Source of the DNA: Octopus sinensis
Lineage: Eukaryota
Reading direction: 5' to 3'
Assembly (NCBI RefSeq): GCF_006345805.1
Contig: NC_042997.1
Span: 121,892,001-121,956,000 of the forward strand
Length of the DNA stretch: 64,000 bases
The translations under genes and the position numbers were made by a program. Shown here in pieces: positions 41,443 through 53,089 of this stretch (position 1 is the stretch's first letter; each line of letters starts with the position of its first letter). The notes under the pieces were generated by a model, which did no database searches, was not told where the DNA came from, and saw only the letters and a program-made list of their open reading frames with translations.

Positions 41443-41833
41443 CATTATACAATATAGAATTGAAAAGTGTTACGTCGATGTGATATTTCTTCCTGATGAA
41501 ACCACATAGATACAATATCAGCAATATTCTCTGAAAATTATTCTGTATCGATAACAGCTTAATGTGTCTTAGATAAAATAAAATCTTACGAGTCTACACT
41601 TAAGTGAAATTAAAGTAATATTTCCTGTATTCTTGAAGGAAAGATTATAAATGCAAGTATAAACCTCGAGATTTGTATTTGTAAAAAAGAAAAAGAAAAA
41701 ATTATATTAAGTGAATAGTGTTCCTCACTTGGGCAACTTATGTTTTTCTTTTTTATTTCGTAGGGATACTAGATGAGATATATATATTATGTAATATAAG
41801 AGTTTTCTATCATCAAAATATTTTCAGTGGATA

Positions 41834-41883
<50 letters not shown>

Positions 41884-43501
41884 GGGAAAATGTTAGTTAA
41901 TATAACTTGAAAATGAAGACGACTAAAGTGCAATAGAAAAAACAGAAATATAATGTTTACACTCGTCCACAAATCTGGTGAATATACGGAGAGTATAATG
42001 GGACATAACTTGGAAACGATGTAAACTGTATAGTAGAATACTAACTCCATTACAGACTTTATATGAAATATAGTACATTCGTATTAACATAATTTCATTT
42101 TTATTAAGTCTACAATAAATTTAATACTAGAAAGATTTTAATGTATTTTTTTCTTCTTATTCTGAAACTGTTTTGGATTGTGAATTTACCGTCTCTTTCC
42201 AAACTCGAATGGAATGCTTTTTCTAGGTATGTTTTTGCTAAAATATATATTCCTTATAGTTTATAAGTGCAACTGAATGAGAGAATGATTAGATTATTTA
42301 ACTATATAAATACGTTTTCATACGAGCGAAACAATTCTGAACTCAAGGTGATATTTCAATGAAAGCTCTATCCATATAAGTAAAGACACAAAATTTTTTG
42401 CCAGTGTTTATATAAATTTGGTCAAAAATTTATATTTTATATTGAAACATATAACACTTGCTAAAGACAGGTATATTGAGAGGAAACTACAACACGTTTA
42501 TAAGTCTCATATGTAGAAACCTACTGTTGAATTTTTTCTATATTTTGTGCGGGACATAATTGAATTTTAAATAATTTTCCATCTGAAAGCAGTGAGAAAA
42601 CATAAAATATATCTTATCATATCCTCATATTACACAAAAAATTACTAATTCATATTGACAGAAATTCATTTAGTAATACATCAACTACGTTTTTTTTATT
42701 TTAAATTTTGAGTGTTTAATACAACTTTCAAACATATATTTAAAGTTTAGGATTAATGATAATATTTATTAAATATCTGATTTTACATTTAATCATATTT
42801 TCTAATTGTGTGTAAGATGTGACATTATATGTAATATAATCAAATGAAAATTTTCTCAAAGTATCCGATTTATAAATGTAATATGATCAAATAAAATACT
42901 GTACACATATCTTCTTGAAAATTGACACTTCTTAAGGACAATTTGTATATACATAAGGAAAAGAAATGAAATAAAAATTTTGTTTTTATAGTTTTGCATA
43001 ACGTTACTAAATTATATCTGAAAAAGGCGAATGTATTTCAGAAGCCAGTAGAAAGAACGAATGAAATGATTTTAATGAGAAAAGATTCATTCTGAATCTT
43101 ACATCTAAAACCAAATGCTCTCAGACTTTCCTATCCACTGAATTCAAAATGAAGATTGATATCCGAAAGTCAAAATTACATGATATTCAACGATGAATTT
43201 TAAATTAAATCTAGCGTATAAAGTAAATCACTCATATATATATGCATGTGTGTGTGTACGCGCGTGTGTCTATGTGTGCGTGCGGACATGCGTGTGTACG
43301 TGCGGCTATACGCGTGTGTATGCATGCATGTGTGTGTGTATGCATGTGTATATATCCGTTTATATGTATGTTCGTATGTGTATGTATTTGTATGACAATA
43401 AATACCTGCATATATATCAACAGAATGTTATATTTATGTGTTTACATATCTATTTGCATATCTTTGGAAATGTAACATCAACTATAGATAGATAGATAGA
43501 C

Positions 43502-43550
<49 letters not shown>

Positions 43551-43552
43551 AT

Positions 43553-43614
<62 letters not shown>

Positions 43615-43703
43615 GTGGAGAGAGAGAGCGCGCAACTCGTGTATGCAACTGTACATCTATACGCCTATACATGTGTGTGTGTGTGTGGTGTGTGTGTTTG
43701 TGT

Positions 43704-44022
43704 GTATACTATTCTATATTTTTCAGATGATGAATTATGCATATTATTTACAATGGACGGATAGGAGTCCGGCCTTTGCTTGTTGATTTCAGAACATTTC
43801 AGCTGATGTGCTCTCCAGCCTTCATCAAGTGTTCTGGTGGAACTTTGCACCAAGCACTTTAGTTGACTAATGGGCCACTCTGCTCTCATTCCTAAGGTAT
43901 TCTTTTCCTTCCTTTCTTTTGCTTTTGCTTAAGTTACTTTTTGTTGATATTGTTTCTCAAGTCCCTGCCTGAGATTGAACTTAGGATCCGAAGGTTAGTA
44001 GCCCGCGCTCTCATCCACTACG
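43704..44022 (-). mobile_element. tRNA-headed SINE-like element with hammerhead-like 3' module
   Basis: Minus strand: TAGTGGATGAGAGCGCGGGCTACTAACC...AAGTTCAATCTCAGGCAG (A/B-box-like), then AGAACAC-TTGATGA-A-GGCTG(GAGAGCACAT)CAGCT-GAAATGTTCTG at 43790-43835. Confidence 0.6.
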
Positions 44023-44138
44023 TTAGTAAAAAAAAGCTTGGGTTCAAATTCCGCCACAACACCTCATGAAGGCTGGAGAGTATATCTTATATATATATAT
44101 ATATGTATATACACACACGTATATATATATATATATAT

Positions 44139-44202
<64 letters not shown>

Positions 44203-44554
44203 CGTGTGTCTGTGTTCCTGCACCTACGTACGTATATATACTTCAATATGTGCATAACATTACAACTGTTTATGTTACAAGCAGTTAGAATATTTTGCCT
44301 TCATGTTAATACTCTGTGGTATGCATATTTATTCTCTTGAGTTCTCAGTAAAATGCAACAACACTAAGATTTATTTTCATTGAATCTGTGAAATATGCGG
44401 CGATTTTCATATTACACATTTTCGCGTACGCATATGTGCTAGCACATACAAACATATATATGTACATATTGAAACATGAAACATATACATAGATATATAC
44501 ATGCATGTTTATATTTACACGCACATATGTGCACAACACTTATATGCACACATT

Positions 44555-44589
<35 letters not shown>

Positions 44590-45270
44590 GTATATATATA
44601 TATATATAGATATATATATATATATAAGTGAGATGGATATTGAAGTGCATATAAAACGTATATATATGTCTGTGTGATCTTATGTGTCTGTGTTGATTTA
44701 TATAATTAGATATTTTCCTACTTGTTATCTCTCCTATTCAGGCACATCTATTGAGACGTAGTCTTATTGTCTTATCTTACATGAATGGAATGTTTGTTTG
44801 TTTTTTTTATAGTGAGAATCAACTCGGATTATTATTGTTTGATGAGGATATTTATATCGTAATGAACTTACTTGTTTAAGAATAATCTCATATCCTCCAG
44901 GTGAAGAAAGATCAAGTATAATACACTTGTAAAATTCCAATACCGAACGGTCAAGCATTCGTAGATCATCATGTGCTTGGGATACGTCTTCAAGTCGATG
45001 CATGTATATGGATACATTGTATTGTTGTCGTGTAAACGTGCTCAATATTTGTTCGATTCGCATAAGTCCTGTTGGAAAAAATAGAGAAATAATTTATATG
45101 TGATTAGACGTGTCGTTTCTATGAACCAAATCAAAGAATGTTCTTTAACCTTTAAGGCATCATCAACAGTGCAGAATCAAACAAGACAATGGTAAGAAAG
45201 GTTTTTGGTAACAAAGATAAAACCGACATTTTGAGATAAATATCGAATTATTTGAAAGTCATTAATTCTA

Positions 45271-45316
<46 letters not shown>

Positions 45317-45503
45317 TACAGATATGTATTTGTGTGTGCGTGACTGTGTGTATATATATATATATATATAGGTAGATAGATATGTATGTGTGTGTGCATG
45401 ATTGTATATATATATATATGTATATACACACACGTATATATATATATATATTATATATATATATATATAAATGTATATATACATATTATTTATGTGTATG
45501 TAT

Positions 45504-46259
45504 ATCAGAGACCTGGGTGTAATTGTTGATGACGATCTCAGTTGGAGTGCACACATCAACAAGAAGGTCGATATAGCTCGTAGGATGAGTTCCTGGATCT
45601 TAAGAACTTTCCGGTCCAGAGAACAAGGTGTCATCATACCACTTTTCTCCTCCTTTGTACGGCCACACCTCGAATATTGCTGCCCACTGTGGTCTCCCCA
45701 TACAAGACAAAACATCTCCAGGATTGAGTCACCCTAGAGGGCACTCACTAAACGAATTGAAGGCATGGCTGCTCTCGATTATTGGGATCGCCTTAAAGCC
45801 TTGAAACTTTACTCTCTCCAGCGTCGCCGTGAGCGGTACATCATTTGTACGATGTGGAGAATATACCGCCAACTTTGCCCAAACGACCTTAACATTAGCT
45901 TCAAGGTTCATCCAAGACTGGGACCACGGGCCATACGTCCCCTGCCCAATTCAAGATTACAACATACATGTACACTGCAACATAATTTCTTTTCCTCAAC
46001 AGGCCCTGCCCTATTTAACATTGTCCCGAGGGAGATCAAAGAGGAAAAGGATCCCATCAACTTTAAACGGAGTCTGGATAGATTCCTTCAAAGAATACCA
46101 AATAAGCCACCCATAATTGGTTAGAACGGTCCCAAAAAGAACTCACTACTTGAATGGACCATAAACAAAACTTGACTTAAACAGGATTCGAATAATCCTA
46201 TCAGGTGGTGCTATTAAGTTAGACATGGCCTGGACCAATCTTTGGTCGAAACATATCTA

Positions 46260-46262
<3 letters not shown>
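45504..46262 (+). mobile_element. CR1/Jockey-type LINE 3' fragment (RT thumb and C-terminus, one nonsense codon) with 3' UTR
   Basis: RDLGVIVDDDLSWSAHI...VRPHLEYCCPLWSPH...ESP*RALTKRI...YWDRLKALKLYSLQRRRERY...GPALFNIVP...LDRFL..IP. Both ends lie in TA-rich microsatellite. Confidence 0.92.
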
Positions 46263-46294
<32 letters not shown>

Positions 46295-46298
<4 letters not shown>

Positions 46299-46480
46299 TA
46301 AGCAATAAGGGTTTAGCAACGAGTTGCCTTACCACATACCGAATTTAGAAATAGCAGTCAAAGGGTTATAGCTATTTCTTCTACTTTTTAGTAGAAGAAA
46401 TAGCTATAACCCTTTGACTGCTATTTCTAAATTCGGTATGTGGTAAGGCAACTCGTTGCTAAACCCTTATTGCTTAGTAT
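46295..46480. repeat. Perfect 91-bp inverted repeat with 4-nt TTTT loop
   Basis: 46295-46385 is the exact reverse complement of 46390-46480. Confidence 0.95.
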
Positions 46481-46576
46481 TACTTAAATTTTCCTCGAAT
46501 GAGGCTTTTACATGCCGAAGACTACTTGGTGTAATTGATAATTTTTCCAAATTAATTAATTTCACCCTTCATTATT

Positions 46577-46615
<39 letters not shown>

Positions 46616-47064
46616 GAAACTAAAATTAATGGCATGTTTTGTAATATTTTTGCATTTTTATTTGATTTTTTTCACATTATATCGTGTTCAAATATAAGCA
46701 ACAGGAGTCTTTAAAAAAATATTAGTAATATCATACCTACCTATGTATCATTACTCACATTATTAGAAACAAAACTTAGAATTTATGGAATTTTCTGATA
46801 TTTGAAACAAGAAAACCAAAGCCAAATAATAAATTGATATTTTTATCTTATAATGACACAAGTAAAATGACAGAATTTGTGCAGATATTTTCTAACTTTA
46901 GACCTATGCCTCAATTGGACCATTCACATTAAATAAATTCTTCAAAATTGAGACTTGCTGACATTCACATGAATATCAAGTATATTTATCGACTGCTATT
47001 TCCAGTAAATAGTGGCACTTTGTTGTACCTCTACTCTCTTTCTCTTTCCATCTCTCTCTTTCTC

Positions 47065-47124
<60 letters not shown>

Positions 47125-47495
47125 TTGGTTTCAAGTGTTTAAAATGTTATGTAAATGTGAGTGGACAAACGAAGGAAGTGCACGCAACACATTTATTGGA
47201 CCACGTTACACGTATGGACCAAAACAGTTTCATTAAAATTCATTGGTACTCCGAATTTCAAGTGTGATGCTAATCTTCAGCCATTGGAAATTTGAAATTC
47301 AAATTCCCAATGCCTGACGATTAACATCACGCTTGGAACTTGGTGTACCAAAGAATTTGAATCAAACTGTGTTGATCCATACATGTAACTCTCAATAAAT
47401 GTGTTGCGTACTCTTCCTTCGTTTGTCCACTCTCACTTATATATAATATGCACACACACACACACACATATATATATACATATGCACACACGCAC

Positions 47496-47587
<92 letters not shown>

Positions 47588-47670
47588 GAAGCGTTAGCGT
47601 GAAGCAGTGTTTTCGTATTAATCATAATTTAATTAAGGTTAGTTGAAATATGGTTTTCACATATTTCAAG

Positions 47671-48007
47671 TACTAAAAGGCAAATGCACTGCAGTTTCCG
47701 CAGAGAAAAAGTCTCACTTATGGTAAAAAGGTGTCAAAACATTAGGTTCGTTCAATATCGCCAAACATTAGGAATCCCAGACATCGTATTAACCGAATTA
47801 CATATAAAGGTACGGCTTTATTAAGTTCGTTCAGAGTTGCCTCTCTTGGGTATATCTCATTGGAATGAGAATAGAAAATCTCGAAACATCGATGTTTGGG
47901 ATTCCTAATAAATGACGACACAGAATGGACCAGGTGTTTTCACACCTTTTTACCATAAGAGAGAGTTTTCTCCATGGTAACTTCAGTGTTTCTACCTTTT
48001 AACAGTA
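47671..48007. mobile_element. Non-autonomous TIR element (MITE-like)
   Basis: Imperfect TIRs of 55-70 bp (CACTG...CTTATGGTAAAAAGGTGT.AAAACA and its complement), an inner IR (TTAGGAATCCCA.ACATCG / CGATGTTTGGGATTCCTAA), and TA at the outer ends. Confidence 0.65.
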
Positions 48008-48048
48008 GAAATATGTGGCAAATATTTCAAGTAGCCTAAATTCTGCCC

Positions 48049-48102
<54 letters not shown>

Positions 48103-48617
48103 CCCGTCGAAGCTTCTATGTTGATTAAAAAAAACTGTGTGTGTGACTGTCGAGTTATAATAAAAACAATGTCATATTAAACCAAATGATTAGTTTTTGT
48201 TGAATACTCACTTATCTATAATAGTTTTAAAAAATTCGAGGTGATTGTAACTTCGTAATTTTGTACTGTTAGCCTGCTCGTAATTTGTATAAAAGTGACT
48301 GCGATAAATTGAATTAAATTACATTACTGTTGTTATATTGACAAAAACTCATTTAAAAAGGTAATAATGCATTGTAATGATAATCTACATATATCAGAGA
48401 TAAAAAAATGAGCATGGAAACGGAAGTTTTTCAATAATTTCATGAAACAGATGCAATAATTTGTATGCGTTGAGGATTCTTTATTATTACATATTGTAGA
48501 CCTTTTGTCTCATGTTTGAATGTCAGCAATTTTCTTCGTTTCACTTATATTCTCATACGTTGCACAATAACCTTTTTTCCAAAGAATGATATTCCTCTAA
48601 GACAGGTTATATATGAT

Positions 48618-48786
48618 GGGAGTGAGTGAGTGAGTGGTTGAGTGAGTGAGTGATGAGTGAGTGTTTGGTTGTATGAGTGAGTGAGTGACTGAGTGCGTGA
48701 TTGAATGAGTGATTGGGTGAGTGAGTGAGTGGGTGAATGAATTTAGTATGTGAGGGGGTGTATGTCTGGGTGAGTGAGTGAGTGAG
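48618..48786. repeat. Degenerate (GAGT)n microsatellite
   Basis: Directly visible. Confidence 0.9.
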
Positions 48787-49174
48787 TGGAAGACGACAAC
48801 ATGTTCAAAAGAAGTTTGCACCCAAAATATGCGATCCCCGATTTTGAAACCACTGCATATATTACCATAATTCGACCCAAGTCGTTGAGTAAAACTAGAC
48901 GGAACACGCACGGAAACTGTTCGGTTGGATTGTAACGGTGATTTATATGTCACAATGTGTCACTCTTATTCATCTTCGATTTACGTAAAGGCGACACCTT
49001 TTTTGTGGAATATGCAGCCTTTTACACATATATTCGACGAACAAGTAGTTTGGTTGATCAAAAACCTTAATAGTGATTCGCAACTACGACGAATATACAA
49101 TACTACGTATATGTGCATAGACTAACATGCAGGTACGGGCACACACCACACACACACACACGTATATATAACTT

Positions 49175-49258
<84 letters not shown>

Positions 49259-49448
49259 CACACACATATTTATTTATATGTCAACTGCTTATGTATATAT
49301 ATATATATTAGAAGGTCTGGAGATGATGTACAGGTATTTTATATTAGAAGAAATGAGGCACTCAGAAATTCGGATGTTTTTATACTTACAGATATTTATT
49401 TGTGTTACATGCTTTTTATATATCATATATCATATATATGTGTGTATA

Positions 49449-49523
<75 letters not shown>

Positions 49524-50759
49524 AGCAGTTGACGCTTCACGACTACTGTCTTAAGTTCCCTTTTATTGATCTACTGAAAAAAGTATTAACACCAATGAAC
49601 GAACAAATGAATAAGCCATGAAAGAGGGTTTGGAAACCGAACTAGAAATCGGATTTGTTGTCAAAGTCATGCCCATTGTGATGTATAGGTATATATTTAG
49701 ATAACAATATGTGTGAGTGTGTGTAGGCGGAAAGATGGATGGATGGATTGCTGTGCAGTTATGGTGTACGATGATAACATGAAAAATACAATAATTGTGA
49801 TTTTCTATTTCCATCTAACTGAAAATTTTTCATCCGGAATCACATGATTTCGTTCCGGGTAAACATATCTCTCAGAAGTCACACATTATATGTTACAAAT
49901 AATAGGACCTTACATTTTACATGAAACAATGTAATTGTTTAGTATTGCTTGGTTTTACAAAACCTAACATTTATATAGACCTAAAACTTGAAGGTCAGTA
50001 GGTGTAGGTTCCTAATAACCAATTCCACATATGTTGTTTTCGTCTTCGGTCTTTTCGTTCGAAAATAGACTACAGCTACAATTTACAATTTCTCAGCAAT
50101 TCTCTAGGCAGGAAGGAAATGGAAGTCTCCGGCAAATTAATTCCAATATAAGATGAAATGAGAAAACAGAACGCTGGAGATAAAGAGATATGTTCAATGA
50201 GTGAAAACTAAGTCATATAAAGATAGCAAGCCAAGAAATGAGACAAACATTTTAATAGAAAAGACGAAATTTGGCAGAAAGCCACAGCTTACACCAGTGT
50301 GTGCCATGTTTATATATTGTGTATTTGTATAGTATTGAAGATACAAGCACAAAATACTTCTTCATACTAAGGAATATATTTCAGGTTTGGGAAGAAAATT
50401 TGATAGATTTTGCTAATTGTGTTTGGTAAGGCACTAATACCAATTTACATAAATATTGGTAAATCTAATCCAATATCTCTCTATATAAGGAGAATGTCGT
50501 TAAGCAAATTTAATCAAAGAAATCGAAGTAGAATGATGAAATAAGAACACCATTCACATGAGACTAATTTATTTATACAGTGATATATGTGTTAAGGACT
50601 GCGATGTAATTTCGAGATTATTGTTGTGTTTACAAACGCTGACTAAATTATTTAACTCCGGTCGAAAGTGTAATTTTCGTTTAAATAGATTTTAATTAAT
50701 TTCAAATAAGGCGCGGTTTTGTGTTAGTTGGACGTTACCGTATATTACCAAAGATCTCG

Positions 50760-51065
50760 TCTTCGCGATCCCGAATAAAGACTCTCAACATCATTTTAGG
50801 TTTCAAGGGTTCGCAATTGTTCGACATTCTAACGATCAATCTCAGAGATTAACGAGGTGTAGATGTGTAGGTCTTCACAATGCCTCTGAACAAATTTTTA
50901 TCTGTAATACCATACGAAGACACATTACGGCACGAGGCACAAAAAGCAGCTCCGTCCAACTAGCTGTTTCACCAAAAACAATACAGAAAAAACACCCAAA
51001 CACATTGAAAGGTGTTGATCTACTATGGCCATAGCTTCTGGCTGAAACCAATAAAAGGATAAATG
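50760..51065 (+). mobile_element. Decayed CR1-type LINE 3' end
   Basis: GFKGSQLFDILTINLRD*RGVDV*VFTMPLNKFLSVIP resembles the C-terminus of the 45504-46262 copy (GPALFNIVP...F...LDRFL..IP). It has a similar terminal stem-loop plus GAAAC. Confidence 0.55.
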
Positions 51066-51674
51066 TTCCTCATCCGTATAAAGATTTTAATATACCATAG
51101 GAATTGAAATTTTTAAAATAATATTATTCTTCCGTATAGGTTTTATAATATATTTCTGCAATCAATGTTTAGTAGCGGAACTACTGGCATTGATTACATT
51201 ATTTTACTGAAAGAAACCAAAAAATTTCAACCTTATTATGTAAGAGAAGTATATGTGTGATTTGTAATTTACAGTCCCAGACGGAAAATATATATATATA
51301 TATATATTATTATTATCCAAGAACAATAGTACAAATGCCATTATCATTCGAACAATTTTAAAATACTTTATAATTCTATTAAAGTCATACAATTAGCATT
51401 ATTCTCAGACTAATTAACATTTTGCAGCTACATCTGTCAAGGTTTTAGTGGCTGGTGTGCAAACATGTTGGGGAATATCTTTTTTGTGCATTTGATCTAT
51501 TGTATCGAACCTAACACTTAATACAATTTGGAAAATATATTGTCGATCACCAATAACCAATTTTCTATTTTACGGTTCTAGAATCAAGGTATGCGACTTA
51601 GTGCATTTGTTTATTCTCCATTAGTTTACTCGACACTAAGAACGACAATACTAGAACTGATACTGCTGCTGCTG

Positions 51675-51727
<53 letters not shown>

Positions 51728-51739
51728 GATGAAGATTTC

Positions 51740-51925
51740 TAGCATAGGCACAAGGCTAGTACTTTGGAAGGTAGATGTTTAATCGATTACATCAATTAGT
51801 GTGGTACTAGATATTTTCTCCTGAGAGGTAATACGTACTGTGGAACAGGACAGAATTTTAACTCAGAACAGAGGGAGCCAAAAGAAATAGTGTAAATCAT
51901 TTTCTCCGACGTTCTAACGATTCTA
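51740..51925 (-). mobile_element. Degenerate SINE family B copy next to (CTA)n
   Basis: TCGATTACATC, AACTCAGAAC and CTAACGATTCT fragments in reverse orientation. Confidence 0.55.
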
Positions 51926-52672
51926 CAAGAACCTTGATGTTATTTATGCTCAGATCCTCAAGAGCCGTAACTAATAATCAGAAGGCGTTTCGTCTTACAG
52001 TCTAACAGTTCTATAGCGGTTTAAATGAGAATTGCACGTTCCGTAGATACTCATAATTCTTTTTTTAACGTACAAATTCCTAGACTTTCATAACAATGTT
52101 GTGTTAACTGAAATATTTCAATTATGTCTTGAATGGCGTTCCATACTTAAGTTTATTGAAAGTGCCGCACTTAAACATGATATATGAACTGTTAAACATT
52201 TCATTAAGGCGAGGTAACTTCCAGTACATGTGTGCTCGAAATCTGTGATGCTTGAAGATGACTCCTGTCTTAACTAAGACTCTGGAAGCCAGAGACAACG
52301 TGATTAAATGTTTCCGCATCTTCTCAACACTTTCTGCATTTATTTGATGCATTCTGTTCATATCATACATTTTGCAAACGGATGACATTAATTTTGTGCC
52401 ACAATGAATAATCTTACATCCTAAGCTTTGCTACATGCGCTTCTCTGTTGTTGGAATTTCTTTTGTCTTTGTCAATAGCGTAGCAAGAATATGTTCCGCC
52501 CGGTGTTGTAATTGAGTTTGCTGCAACCCTTTCGAGTTACCCAAGTCCATACAGGCTTATACACCTGATCCAAAAGTGCTGCCCTCATAAAAGTGTCGCA
52601 CCGGGTGATCTGCTAGCTCCCTCACCACCCAGCTATGTTATTCGTCTCTGTCTATATGAGTTTTCTAGCTCA

Positions 52673-53089
52673 AGGGCGGCGAGCTGGCAAAATCGTTAGC
52701 ACGCCGGGCGAAATGCTTAGCGGTATTTCGTCTGCGTTACATTCTAAGTTCAAATTCCGCCGAGGTCGACTTTGCCTTTCATCCTTTCGGGGTCGATTAA
52801 ATAAGTACCAGTTACGCACTGGGTTCGATAAAATCAACTTAATTCGTTTGTCTGTCCTTGTTTGTCCTCTCTGTGTTTATCCCCTTGCAGGTAGTAAAGA
52901 AATAGGTATTTTGTCTGCCGTTACTTTCTGAGTTCAAATTCCGCCGAGGTCGACTTTGCCTTTCATCCTTTTGGGGTCCATAAATTAAGTACCAGTTACG
53001 CACTGGGGTTGATGTAATCGACTTAATACCTTTGTCTGTCCTTATTTGTCCCCTCTATGTTTAGCCTCCCTGTGGGCAGTAAAGAAATA
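52673..53089 (+). mobile_element. Dimeric SINE family B insertion with 20-bp TSD
   Basis: A full copy plus a 5'-truncated second copy in tandem. TATATGAGTTTTCTAGCTCA is duplicated at 52653-52672 and 53090-53109. Confidence 0.9.
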
